Source: Alphaproteobacteria bacterium
GTDB lineage: Bacteria > Pseudomonadota > Alphaproteobacteria > SHVV01
Direction of reading: 5' to 3'
DNA length: 64,000 nucleotides
NCBI GenBank assembly: GCA_965261735.1
Contig: OZ253470.1
Span: 1,792,001 to 1,856,000, forward strand
This document shows positions 52,488 to 64,000 of this stretch, piece after piece; position 1 is the stretch's first letter; each line of letters opens with the position of its first letter. The notes beneath the pieces were generated by a model. It was not told the DNA's origin, did not search any database, and saw nothing but the letters and a program-made list of their open reading frames with translations. A program made the translations under genes and the position numbers.

Positions 52488-53807
52488 ATGGCTGCGGAGC
52501 AGCGTTTCCTTACCCACGCCTACGGCTCCTACCACCAGGCGGCGCTGCCGCCGGCCGACGATACGCTTGTGCGCGTCGGGCGCGGTACGCCGGGCGGCGA
52601 GTACCTACGCAGGTTCTGGCATCCGGTGGCGCAGTCCGAGATGGTTGCGGACCTGCCGGTGGCGATCCGCATCCTCGGTGAGGACCTCGTCGTCTTTCGC
52701 GATCGCGGCGGCGCCGTCGGCCTTCTCGACCGGCACGAATACGGCAAGATCGAGGAGCGCGGCATTCGCTGCTGCTATCACGGCTGGCTCTTCGACGTCG
52801 ACGGCGCCATCCTCGAGACGCCGGCGGAGCCGGATGGCAATCCCTACCAGGGCAAGCTCTATCAGGGCGCCTACCCGGTCATCGAATACAACGGGCTGAT
52901 CTTCGCCTATATGGGGCCGCCCGACAAGAACCCCCCGCTGCGCAAGTTCGAGATGTTCGACCAGCCCGGCTTGAAGATGGGGCTGGGCGAGCCGCTCGGC
53001 GGAAATCTCAAGCCGTGCAACTGGCTGCAGATCATGGATAACGTGGTCGATCCGGTGCACGAGGCCTATCTACACGCCTCGATCTCGGGCGTGCAGTTCA
53101 AGGACGCCACCGGCCGGCTGGTGGAGGAGCTCGCCGACCGCGGCGTCGATGACTACTGGGAGACCGCACAGGGGATCACGTGCAACGTCGCGCGCCGCGT
53201 CGGCGACACGGTTTGGGTGCGCTCGATGGAATATGTGTGCCCCAACGTCGTCCAGCTCAGGCGCATGCCGATGCTGCCGCCCGACTACCCGGACGGCGAG
53301 GACACCCTCGGCACGGGACCGTTCGTGACGCGCTGGCGCGTTCCCGTCGACGACGAGCAAACGGTGGAGTTCGCCTTCGTCTTCTATCTCGAAGGCGAGG
53401 CCCGGGACTATACGGTCAACACGTCGACGGCCTTTGCCACCAACTTCGGCGACCGGCCCTATGATGAGCGCCAGCGTATTCCCGGTGACTGGGACGCGCA
53501 GGTGAGCCAGCGCCCGATCGCCGTCCATGCCAACGAGCATCTGGCGTCGTCGGACCGGGGCGTTGCACTGATGCGGCGCATGGTCCGCGAGGGCATCGAG
53601 GCGGTCCAGCAGGGCGAGGACCCGCGCGGCGTGGTGCGCGACGCGGACGCGCTCATGCCGGTCTACGCCAACGAGATCGTCCGCCGTCTGCCGCCCGCGC
53701 CGACGCCTGAGGAGGACCAGGAGCTCCTGCGCCAGACCTCGCGCGCCGCCTTCGAGGACGCCCGCGCCGGCCGCCGCCCGCGCCTCACCGCCAGCGCCCC
53801 GGACTGA
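52488..53807 (+). CDS. Rieske oxygenase alpha-subunit paralogue missing the first half of the Rieske motif (probably inactive)
   Basis: Co-linear with 3390-4745, but LLDRH joins directly to EYGKIEERGIRCCYHGW. Fe motif DNVVDPVHEAYLH is retained. Confidence 0.85.
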   Translation: MAAEQRFLTHAYGSYHQAALPPADDTLVRVGRGTPGGEYLRRFWHPVAQSEMVADLPVAIRILGEDLVVFRDRGGAVGLLDRHEYGKIEERGIRCCYHGWLFDVDGAILETPAEPDGNPYQGKLYQGAYPVIEYNGLIFAYMGPPDKNPPLRKFEMFDQPGLKMGLGEPLGGNLKPCNWLQIMDNVVDPVHEAYLHASISGVQFKDATGRLVEELADRGVDDYWETAQGITCNVARRVGDTVWVRSMEYVCPNVVQLRRMPMLPPDYPDGEDTLGTGPFVTRWRVPVDDEQTVEFAFVFYLEGEARDYTVNTSTAFATNFGDRPYDERQRIPGDWDAQVSQRPIAVHANEHLASSDRGVALMRRMVREGIEAVQQGEDPRGVVRDADALMPVYANEIVRRLPPAPTPEEDQELLRQTSRAAFEDARAGRRPRLTASAPD

Positions 53808-53885
53808 GGGCCGCAAGCCAGCGGCTTCATCCTACGACCCCCGCTCGGGCCCTGCGCCCCGCGCGGGGCGACGGCGCCGGGGGGG

Positions 53886-53902
53886 GCGGGTTTGAAACCC
53901 GC
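53886..53902. repeat. Short REP-like palindrome between convergent genes
   Basis: GCGGGTTT-G-AAACCCGC perfect inverted repeat preceded by a G run. Confidence 0.5.
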
Positions 53903-53912
53903 GCGCTCCTCC

Positions 53913-54320
53913 CTACAGCAAATCGCGCAGCATCGCGATGAGGGGGGCGTCGGCGGGCGGCATCTCTAGGTCGCCGAGGCGGGGCGCGCTTACCCAGCGC
54001 AGCTCCTGTCCTTCCTGGGGGCTGACGGTGCCGTTCCAGACGCGGCAGACGAACAGCGGCATCAGGAGGTGGAAATCCTCGTAAGCATGCGAGGCGAAGG
54101 CGAAGGGTGCGAGACAGCTGTGCTCGATGTCGATGCCGAGCTCCTCGCGCGCCTCGCGGATGACCGCGGCCTCCGGCGTCTCGCCGGGCTCGACCTTGCC
54201 GCCCGGAAACTCCCACAAACCGGCCAGGTGCGACCCCGCCCGGCGGGTGGCGACCAGAACCCGGCCATCGGTGTCGATGAGCGCGAGCGCCGCAACCAGC
54301 ACCAGCGGGCTCGCGCTCAT
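53913..54320 (-). CDS. mutT: 8-oxo-dGTP diphosphatase (Nudix)
   Basis: LWEFPGGKVEPGETPEAAVIREAREELG, FASHAY, MPPAD. Confidence 0.93.
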   Translation of the reverse strand: MSASPLVLVAALALIDTDGRVLVATRRAGSHLAGLWEFPGGKVEPGETPEAAVIREAREELGIDIEHSCLAPFAFASHAYEDFHLLMPLFVCRVWNGTVSPQEGQELRWVSAPRLGDLEMPPADAPLIAMLRDLL

Positions 54321-54883
54321 GCGCTCCAGTCGGCGCGCGAAAGCTCGTACACGTCGGCCAGGTGGTCGCCGCCGCGCGCCGGGGCCGGCCACGTCTCGCG
54401 GCCGGTGTAGCGCATGCCAACCTTCTCCTGCACGCGAATCGACGCGGCATTGTCGAGGAAGGCACCGGCGCGCACTCTCTCGAGGCCAAGGTCGCGAAAG
54501 GCGTGGCGCAGCACGAGCCTCACCGCCTCCGTCATGTAGCCCTGGTTCCAATGGGGCTTGCCGAGCCAATAGCCGAGCTCGGCTTGCTGTTCCCCGGCCG
54601 CCATGACCAGCCCAACGGCGCCGAGCAGCGTGGCGACCGTACGGCGCTCGATCGCGAACACGATCTTAGCGACGGCGCCGTCTTCGGCCTCGAGCGCATC
54701 GAGCCAGCGTTCGGCGTCGGCACGCGTATAGGGGTGCGGGATGCTGGCCGTGAACTTCGCGACGTCCGCGTCGTTGGCGAGGACCGCGATGGCTTCGACG
54801 TCACCGCGGTCAAGGGGGCGAAGGACCAGGCGGCGGCCCGCGAGCCGGGGCCCGGCCCTTGGCCTAGGAGCGGTAGTCGGCAT
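54317..54883 (-). CDS. GNAT family N-acetyltransferase (RimJ/RimL-like)
   Basis: RLVLRPL, IPHPY, ELGYWLGKPHWNQGYMTEA, NAASIRVQEKVGM; start overlaps the end of argJ. Confidence 0.9.
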   Translation of the reverse strand: MPTTAPRPRAGPRLAGRRLVLRPLDRGDVEAIAVLANDADVAKFTASIPHPYTRADAERWLDALEAEDGAVAKIVFAIERRTVATLLGAVGLVMAAGEQQAELGYWLGKPHWNQGYMTEAVRLVLRHAFRDLGLERVRAGAFLDNAASIRVQEKVGMRYTGRETWPAPARGGDHLADVYELSRADWSA

Positions 54884-56102
54884 TGATGGCGATGTAGCCG
54901 TGGGTGAGGTCGCAGGTCCATACCGTGGCGCGGCCGCGTCCGACACCGACATCGACGGCAATGGCGATCTGATCGCCGCGCATGTAGCGGGCGACCGGGG
55001 CCTCGACGTAGTCGGGACGGACGGCGCCTCCGGCGGCCACCGGCCACGCGCCGATGCGAATGGCGAGCCGGTCGCGCTCGGCCGCCTCGCCCGACTTGCC
55101 CACCGCCATGACGATGCGGCCCCAGTTGGGGTCGCCGCCGGCGATGGCGGTCTTCACCAGGGGCGAGTTCGCGATCGAGAGCGCGATGCGCCGCGCCGCG
55201 CGCGCCGACTCGGCGCCCGAAACCGTGATTTCGACGAACTTGGTCGCCCCTTCGCCGTCGCGCACGATCTGGCGCGCGAGGTCCGCCATCACGGCTTCGA
55301 GCGCGCGCGCGAAGTCGGCCAGGCGGGGATCGTTCGCGCGTGTGATGCCGGCGGCGCGCGCCCGGCGCCCCGTGGCGAACAGCAGCACGGTATCGCTCGT
55401 CGAGGTATCGCCGTCCACCGTGATGGCGTTGAAGGTGCGCTCGTTGGCGCGGGCGAGCAGGCGCCGGAGCACGGGCGCGGGCAGGCTCGCGTCGGTGAAG
55501 AGGAACGCGAGCATGGTCGCCATGTCCGGCGCGATCATGCCGGAGCCCTTGGCGATGCCGATAATGTTGACCGGCTGGCCGGCGATCCGCGCGCGCGCGC
55601 CGGCGCCCTTGGCGAAGGTGTCCGTGGTCCGGATCGCCTCCGCCGCCTGGCGCCAGCCGCCGGGCTTCAGCGCTCGTGTAAGCCGCGCTAGGGCGGCCGT
55701 GATGGGGGCGGTGTCGAGGGGCTCGCCGATGACACCGGTGGCGGCCACCATCACCTCCCGAGGCCGGCAACCGATGTGCCGCGCGGCCGCGGCGGCGGCC
55801 GCCGCCGTCGCCTCGGTTCCAGCCCGGCCCGTGAAGGCATTGGCGTTGCCGGCCGTGACCAGCAGGGCCCGCGCGCCGCCGCCCTTGAGCGCGGCGCGGC
55901 ACCAGTCGACCGCCGAGGACGCGGTTTTCGAGCGCGTGAGCACGCCGGCCACGCTCGTCCCGGGCGCTACCTCGACGAGTAGCAAGTCGCGGCGCTTGCG
56001 GTAACGCACGCCGGCCGAAATGGTCGCCAGGCGCACGCCGGAAACCGGCACGAGTAGGGGAAAGGAGCGCGGCGCGAGCGGCGAGCGCGGGGGCCTGGGC
56101 AT
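54864..56102 (-). CDS. argJ: Bifunctional ornithine acetyltransferase/N-acetylglutamate synthase
   Basis: [45 protein letters not shown]. Confidence 0.97.
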   Translation of the reverse strand: MPRPPRSPLAPRSFPLLVPVSGVRLATISAGVRYRKRRDLLLVEVAPGTSVAGVLTRSKTASSAVDWCRAALKGGGARALLVTAGNANAFTGRAGTEATAAAAAAAARHIGCRPREVMVAATGVIGEPLDTAPITAALARLTRALKPGGWRQAAEAIRTTDTFAKGAGARARIAGQPVNIIGIAKGSGMIAPDMATMLAFLFTDASLPAPVLRRLLARANERTFNAITVDGDTSTSDTVLLFATGRRARAAGITRANDPRLADFARALEAVMADLARQIVRDGEGATKFVEITVSGAESARAARRIALSIANSPLVKTAIAGGDPNWGRIVMAVGKSGEAAERDRLAIRIGAWPVAAGGAVRPDYVEAPVARYMRGDQIAIAVDVGVGRGRATVWTCDLTHGYIAINADYRS

Positions 56103-56304
56103 GGCGGTACGGATCGCCTCTCCTGCGCCGCCGGGTGCGGGCGGCGGCGGATGTTACAGGCGCTCGCCAGGGCGAACAAGCGGCGCCCGGGCCGGCGCTT
56201 GCGCGCATTCCGTGCGGTCGTTGACACAGCGGGCGCCGCCCCTTATCTGTCGAAGGGAAAAGCCGCGACGTGGCGCGGACGACGCCCTCTCCCGGAAATC
56301 GGAC

Positions 56305-59034
<2,730 letters not shown>

Positions 59035-59099
59035 CCGCGCCCGGCGCCCGTGTTCCGCCGCGCGGGTCCGCCGCGGCCGATAGTGCAGAGGAGGGCGCC

Positions 59100-59456
59100 A
59101 TGATCATCGGTGCGCACACCATCGTTTTCAGCAAGGACGCCGAAGCCGACCGCGCCTTCTTTCGCGACGTTCTCGGCTTCAAGGGCGTGGATGCGGGCGG
59201 CGGCTGGCTGATCTTCGCTCTACCCCCGGGCGAGGCCGCGTTTCATCCCTCGGACGAGAACGACGTCCACCGGTTCTACCTGATGTGCGATGACCTGGCG
59301 GCCGAAATGGCATCGCTTAGGGACAAGGGCGTCGCCTGCTCCGAGGTCGACGAGCAACGCTGGGGGTCGATCACGGAAATCGAGCTTCCCGGTGGCGGCA
59401 AGGTCGGCCTCTACCAACCCAAACACGCCACCGCGTTTTCCCTAGGCTCGGACTGA
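59100..59456 (+). CDS. VOC (glyoxalase/bleomycin resistance) family protein
   Basis: AHTIVFSKDAEADRAFFRDVLG, FYLMCDDL, WGSI, LYQPKH. Confidence 0.85.
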   Translation: MIIGAHTIVFSKDAEADRAFFRDVLGFKGVDAGGGWLIFALPPGEAAFHPSDENDVHRFYLMCDDLAAEMASLRDKGVACSEVDEQRWGSITEIELPGGGKVGLYQPKHATAFSLGSD

Positions 59457-59483
59457 CGCCGCTACCGCCGAGGTCGGCGCCCC

Positions 59484-60182
59484 TCAGCCTCGGGCTTGAA
59501 CCACCCGATAAATGTCGTCGTAGAGGTGGAAGGTCATGTCGACGGTTTGTTGGACGACCTTGAGGACGTGGGCGCGCGCGGCCTCATCGGCCGCGAAGTC
59601 GTCGAGGAGTTCCTTGCCGATCCCGGAGTGATCCTCGTCGGCCTCGTCGTGGACGACCCAGAAGGCGACGGCCTTATCGTCGAGGCCGAACTTCTCCTTG
59701 AGGCCTGCGGCCAGGTACCGGAACACGCCCGGCCCGTGGGCCTCGGCCGCCAGCATGTGGGCCGACACCGCCTCCAGAAAGCTCGCATTGCAGCGCCCCT
59801 GGTACCAGCCCTGCCAGCCCAGTGCGCCGGGACAATAGGCGCAGCCGAAGAGGTCGTCGGGCGAGAGCCCGAGGCCGGCGCCAAAATCGAAGTAGAGCTG
59901 GTTGTGGGGGATGCCGTTGGCGTAGAGGCTGCCGGTGCCCTCTTCGTAGAGGACCTCGGCGATGCGCTCGCGCCACTTCGGCTGAGGGCAGTTGACGTAG
60001 ATGGGGCCGTGATAGTTGTGGTTATGGAGCGGGATGATGCCGAACTGGCGCGCGAACTCGCGCACCTGTTCGAGGTTGAAGCGCCCCTTCAGCAGGCCGC
60101 GCCACAGCGGGTGTTCGTCGAACGGATTGTCCTTGTGGATGCGCTCGATCGCAGCCAGCACGCCCTCGGTGGTTAGGGTCAT
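59484..60182 (-). CDS. Heme-oxygenase-like diiron enzyme (TenA/PqqC/CADD superfamily)
   Basis: HPLW; LYEEGTG...PHNQLY; AAE; FWVVHDEADEDH, giving the ligand pattern E...H, E, HxxxDxxH. Confidence 0.8.
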   Translation of the reverse strand: MTLTTEGVLAAIERIHKDNPFDEHPLWRGLLKGRFNLEQVREFARQFGIIPLHNHNYHGPIYVNCPQPKWRERIAEVLYEEGTGSLYANGIPHNQLYFDFGAGLGLSPDDLFGCAYCPGALGWQGWYQGRCNASFLEAVSAHMLAAEAHGPGVFRYLAAGLKEKFGLDDKAVAFWVVHDEADEDHSGIGKELLDDFAADEAARAHVLKVVQQTVDMTFHLYDDIYRVVQARG

Positions 60183-60285
60183 GGCGCCGCTCCCCATTGG
60201 CCCGTGGCGTCGCCCCACCCGGGCACTAGTACGTGGTTTGCAAGGGTTTAAGTGACTCATTATTCGTCCCGCTCCTCTTATTCGT

Positions 60286-60385
60286 CCTCCTCCCCCTACC
60301 CCCTCCCACCAGGGGAGGGGAGATTATGGCGCGATGTCGAGTTCTTGGCCCTCCCCCTTGATGGGGGAGGGTAGGGTGGGGGTGA
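60286..60385. repeat. Inverted pair of C-rich/G-rich palindromic repeats (REP/MITE-like)
   Basis: CCTCCTCCCCCTACCCCCTCCCACCAGGGGAGGGG and CCCTCCCCCTTGATGGGGGAGGGTAGGGTGGGGGTGA are approximate reverse complements, each with an internal hairpin. Confidence 0.7.
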
Positions 60386-60394
60386 CACGCGGAC

Positions 60395-61360
60395 CTACCC
60401 AAGCACGCACTTGTGCGCCAGGGGGTGGTGCTGCACCGCCGCCTTAAGGCGCTCCTCCTGGATGTGGGTGTAGATCTCGGTGGTGGCGATGTCGGCATGC
60501 CCCAGCATCTGTTGCAGGGCCCGCAGATCGGCGCCGTGGGCCAGCAGGTGGCTCGCGAAGGCGTGGCGCAGCACGTGCGGCGAGACCTTGGCCTCGTCGA
60601 TACCGCAGTCGCGCGCGAGGCCCTTCAGCAGCTGCCCCAGGCGCTGGCGGCTCAGGTGCCCGCCGGCGGCGCGCGAGGGGAAGAGCCACGGCGAGGTGTT
60701 GGAGCCCACGGCGAAGCGTGCGCGCACGGCGAGGTAGCCATCGAGGGCCGCCCGTGCGGGAGCGCCTAGCGGTACCAGGCGCTCCCGCCCGCCCTTGCCG
60801 CGGACGAGGAGGAAGCGGTCGTCGCGCTGGGCCGCGGCGAGCGTGAGGCCGACCAGTTCGGAGACGCGCAGGCCAGTCGCATACAGGACCTCGACGAGGG
60901 CGACGAGGCGGGCACCCTCGGGCCCTTCACGCGCGTGGGCGGCGGTAAGCAGGGCCTCGACTTCGCCCTCACCGAGGATCTTGGGCAGGGCGCGGCGGCG
61001 CCGCGGGCTGTCGAGGGTCAAGGTCGGGTCGTCCGTGCGCACACCCTCGGCCAGGAGAAAGCGGAAGAACTGGCGCATGGCCGAGAGTTGGCGTGCGGCG
61101 CTCGAAGGCGCGAGGCCGCGCCCCGCGAGATGGTTGAGGTAGGCGCGCAGGTGCTTCGTCTCGGCGTCGGCCATGGCCGCGCCTCGGCGCGCGACGAAGC
61201 GCGCGAGGGCGGCGAGATCGCGCTGGTAGGACTCGACCGTGTTGGCGGCCGCGCCGCGCTCGGCCAACAGCATTTCGAGGAAGCTCTCGACGTGGCGCTC
61301 GGTTGCGCCGGCGCCGGCCCGCGAGCGAACCTGCGCGCCGCCGTCAAACGCCGCGGGCAA
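60395..61360 (-). CDS. xerD: Tyrosine recombinase XerD
   Basis: [53 protein letters not shown]; core context opposite aroK. Confidence 0.93.
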   Translation of the reverse strand: MPAAFDGGAQVRSRAGAGATERHVESFLEMLLAERGAAANTVESYQRDLAALARFVARRGAAMADAETKHLRAYLNHLAGRGLAPSSAARQLSAMRQFFRFLLAEGVRTDDPTLTLDSPRRRRALPKILGEGEVEALLTAAHAREGPEGARLVALVEVLYATGLRVSELVGLTLAAAQRDDRFLLVRGKGGRERLVPLGAPARAALDGYLAVRARFAVGSNTSPWLFPSRAAGGHLSRQRLGQLLKGLARDCGIDEAKVSPHVLRHAFASHLLAHGADLRALQQMLGHADIATTEIYTHIQEERLKAAVQHHPLAHKCVLG

Positions 61361-63164
61361 GCGCCGCCTCGACCGCCATGGCCCGTGCCTCGGTCTCGAG
61401 GCCGACGGCGCTTAAGGCCGCGATCACCTCCCCGAGGATCGTCACGTTGGCGCCGGCGGGCCCGCCGTCGCCGAGCACCAGGAGCGCGAGCAGCACCGTC
61501 TCGCCGACCCGCCCGTGCGCCGCCGCGTCGCGGAAATCCCGCCACAGGCTGACCGAGGGCACATAGGCCGTCACGGTGGTCGGCGCTTCGTACAGCCTCT
61601 GCCAATCGGCGGCATCGATCTCGTAGCCGAGCGCCTCGAGCAGGGTGAGAACCAGCGCCGCATTCTCCTGGCGCTCTTCCTCCGGCAGCCCGGCCTCGTT
61701 CAGGCCGGTCCACCATAGCGCCACTAGGCCGGGATCCCACGCCGTGCGGTAGGCGGGGTCGGCCATGAAGATGAGCGGCCATGCATCGAGCACGGTGGCC
61801 GCCGCCTGCGCATCGTCGGGTGATGCGTTCTCGCGCGCGAGATCGAACCAGCGCGAGGCCGCCTTGACCTCGCCGGCGCCGAGCAGGGCCCGCACCGCGT
61901 CGCCGGCGAACCAAGCGAGACCGGCGGCGGGTTCGATGGCGAGCGCGGTGTCGCGGTTGACGCGGGCGGCGGTGCCGAAACCGCCGCGCTCGCGCCCCAA
62001 CCGCCAGGCCAACTGCAGCGCCTGTGCCCTGAGCGTGGGGTCGCGCTGGATCTTCCCCGCCTGGTAGAGGAGGGCGTTGCCGAGTGGGCCGGGCTCGTCC
62101 CTGGCGACCGTGAGGCTTGCGGCCACGTCCTCGGGCGAAAAGATGACGCTCTTGTAGATTTCCGCGAGCGCGTCGGCCGCCAGGCCGCCCACCGCTTCCG
62201 ATTGCTCGGCGGCCGTCAGCCTGACCTCCAGCGCGGCGTTCGGCGCCCTGGCGATGGCCCGCAGAATGGCCGGTGGGGCTCCGGCCACCGCATCGTCGGG
62301 GATCGCCGTCCGCGACGCCTGGAGCATGGCGAGGTGCAGCGGATCGGGATCGAGCAGGCTGGTTGGGCCGGTGGCTTCGCCGCCGCCGAGCGCATCGATG
62401 AGGCTGAAGAAGGCGGTGTCACTGTCGGCGCCGAGATCGTGGAGGAGCTCGACCCCGAACTGGGCCACCCCCTGATCGCCGCTCAGCGCCTTGCAAAAGG
62501 TCAAACCCTTGAGCCAGTACGTCTCGCTCGGGTCTTCTGCGACAAGGGTCTGGAACTCGGCGCAGGCGCCGGCGTGATCGCCGGCCAACAAGAGGGCGTG
62601 GACGCGGGCGCGCGCAAACGCGGGATCGTTGACGTGGGCCGGTGCGAGGCGCAACAGCTCGTCGGCGGCCTCGGTGTCGCCGCCCGCCGCGATTCGCTCG
62701 AGGCGCAAACCCAGGAGGCTCGGCACCGTGGGTTCACCGGCCGGAACACGCGCGGTCGACAGCAGCAGCCTGCGAGCGAGGCGCTGCATCGAGCGCGACG
62801 GCGTGCCGACCGGAAGGCGTGGTAGCAGCTGCTCGACCATGGCCCGCCGCGATCCCTGCCACATGTCGAGACCGAAGCCACCGTTGCTCTCGTCGAGGAG
62901 GCCAACCGATGAGGGGTCGACGGCCGAGAGCATTTCGACCTCCACCGTCTCCCCGGCCTGCGTCTGGGCCGGGCCGGGGGTCGACGGGGCGGGCTCCGCC
63001 GCTTGCGCCGGCGCCGGATCAGAGATCGTGGGCAACAGCTTGACCGGCGGCCCGACCTGGGCCGCCGCGGCGCCGGCCGCAGCCCACAACAGTCCCGAGA
63101 GAAGGAGGACCGAGCGCGCTCCGGCGCCGCGCGTCCGGCGCCGCCTATTTGGGGAAGCGGTCAT
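61344..63164 (-). CDS. Conserved exported hypothetical protein upstream of xerD
   Basis: Signal peptide, [18 protein letters not shown]-terminal [11 protein letters not shown]...[14 protein letters not shown]. Confidence 0.75.
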   Translation of the reverse strand: MTASPNRRRRTRGAGARSVLLLSGLLWAAAGAAAAQVGPPVKLLPTISDPAPAQAAEPAPSTPGPAQTQAGETVEVEMLSAVDPSSVGLLDESNGGFGLDMWQGSRRAMVEQLLPRLPVGTPSRSMQRLARRLLLSTARVPAGEPTVPSLLGLRLERIAAGGDTEAADELLRLAPAHVNDPAFARARVHALLLAGDHAGACAEFQTLVAEDPSETYWLKGLTFCKALSGDQGVAQFGVELLHDLGADSDTAFFSLIDALGGGEATGPTSLLDPDPLHLAMLQASRTAIPDDAVAGAPPAILRAIARAPNAALEVRLTAAEQSEAVGGLAADALAEIYKSVIFSPEDVAASLTVARDEPGPLGNALLYQAGKIQRDPTLRAQALQLAWRLGRERGGFGTAARVNRDTALAIEPAAGLAWFAGDAVRALLGAGEVKAASRWFDLARENASPDDAQAAATVLDAWPLIFMADPAYRTAWDPGLVALWWTGLNEAGLPEEERQENAALVLTLLEALGYEIDAADWQRLYEAPTTVTAYVPSVSLWRDFRDAAAHGRVGETVLLALLVLGDGGPAGANVTILGEVIAALSAVGLETEARAMAVEAALARGV

Positions 63165-63285
63165 TCGGCACTACCTTCTCGATGCGCGTCAGCGGCGCCG
63201 GAATGTCCCAAGCCGCCAGGAAGATTCCGCCGCCGACAACGAGCGCGACGAATATGGCGAATACGATCAACGACGCCTTGGACAT
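63145..63285 (-). CDS. 46-aa single-TM small protein (below the ORF track cutoff)
   Basis: [46 protein letters not shown]; its 3' end overlaps the start of the next gene. Confidence 0.75.
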   Translation of the reverse strand: MSKASLIVFAIFVALVVGGGIFLAAWDIPAPLTRIEKVVPNDRFPK

Positions 63286-63449
63286 GCGCGCACGTTCGCT
63301 AGAGCGATGACCCTCGTGGACAAGGACAGTCCCTTCGCTGCTATGCTAGACTTGGAATATGGCAAGATCGCGACAGTGTATCGGCGCGTCCGTGTCGTTT
63401 CAACGGCCCGCCGAGCGCGGATGCGGCCAGCTGGGGCGGCCCCGGGACA

Positions 63450-64000
63450 ATGGCTAGGGGGCCCGAGCCCGAGCTTCGACGTACGCTCGTGCTCGTCGGC
63501 ATGATGGGCGCCGGCAAGAGTTCCATCGGCCGCAGGCTCGGCGCGCGCCTTGGCGTGCGCTTCGTCGACGGCGATAGCGAGATCGAGGCCGCGGCCGGGT
63601 GCTCGATCAGCGACATCTTCGAATTCCATGGCGAAGAGGCGTTCCGCGACGGTGAGCGCCGCGTCATCGCCCGCCTACTCGAAGCGCCGCCCCACGTCCT
63701 GGCGACCGGCGGCGGCGCGTTCGTCGACCCCGATACGCGCGCCCTTATCGGGCGCAAGGCGATGTCGATCTGGCTGCGTGCCGATATCGAGGTGCTGGTG
63801 CGCCGCCTCAAGCGCCGCAGCCGGCGGCCCCTGCTCAAGGACGACGATCCGCGCGACACCATCACCCGCTTGATGGACGAGCGCTACCCGATTTATGCCG
63901 AGGCCGACCTCACCGTCGATAGCATCGAGGCGCCGCACGAGACGCTCGTCGAGGGGATCATTCGCCTGCTTGTCGAGCGTCCCGAAAGCGGCCTGACCGG
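63450..64000 (+). CDS. aroK: Shikimate kinase (runs off the window)
   Basis: LVLVGMMGAGKSSIGRRL, GEEAFRDGE, LATGGG, RPLL, ERYPIY. Confidence 0.95.
   Translation, partial: MARGPEPELRRTLVLVGMMGAGKSSIGRRLGARLGVRFVDGDSEIEAAAGCSISDIFEFHGEEAFRDGERRVIARLLEAPPHVLATGGGAFVDPDTRALIGRKAMSIWLRADIEVLVRRLKRRSRRPLLKDDDPRDTITRLMDERYPIYAEADLTVDSIEAPHETLVEGIIRLLVERPESGLT

Noticed and set aside
60395-61360. Tyrosine recombinase as an island integrase
   Set aside because: Sequence and position opposite aroK fit chromosomal XerD.

Overview
GC-rich alphaproteobacterial chromosome segment (gene order and gene types resemble Rhodospirillales-like taxa; this is inference). From left to right: (1) a degraded IS1595-family element with an intact IS3-family element nested inside it; (2) a quaternary-amine (gamma-butyrobetaine/carnitine) catabolic locus with a BASS symporter, Rieske oxygenase, carnitine dehydrogenase, CaiD-like hydratase, acyl-CoA dehydrogenase, NDP-forming acyl-CoA ligase, a damaged gamma-butyrobetaine dioxygenase and an Opp/Dpp-type ABC importer; (3) an apparently lower-GC accessory block ending at tRNA-Val(GAC), with zwf-pgl-edd, eda, a GH15 trehalase-like gene, a chimeric DsbA ORF, a TPR protein cut by IS256 and an orphan gene; (4) a largely core region with N-formylglutamate amidohydrolase, an MmgR/suhB-type sRNA, a truncated sigma54-driven lytic transglycosylase, the AmmeMemoRadiSam trio (amrB and amrA separated by one in-frame TAG), M23 peptidase, an SRPBCC-Zn-ribbon adenylate cyclase, clpB to lysC, ubiG to comF, a Rieske paralogue lacking its CxH ligands, mutT-argJ, secA, a heme-oxygenase-like diiron enzyme, xerD and aroK. 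A recurring theme is erosion: small deletions, truncations, +1 homopolymer frameshifts and apparently missing syntenic genes. Some of this could be assembly error. All assignments come from motif recognition by eye; no searches were run.
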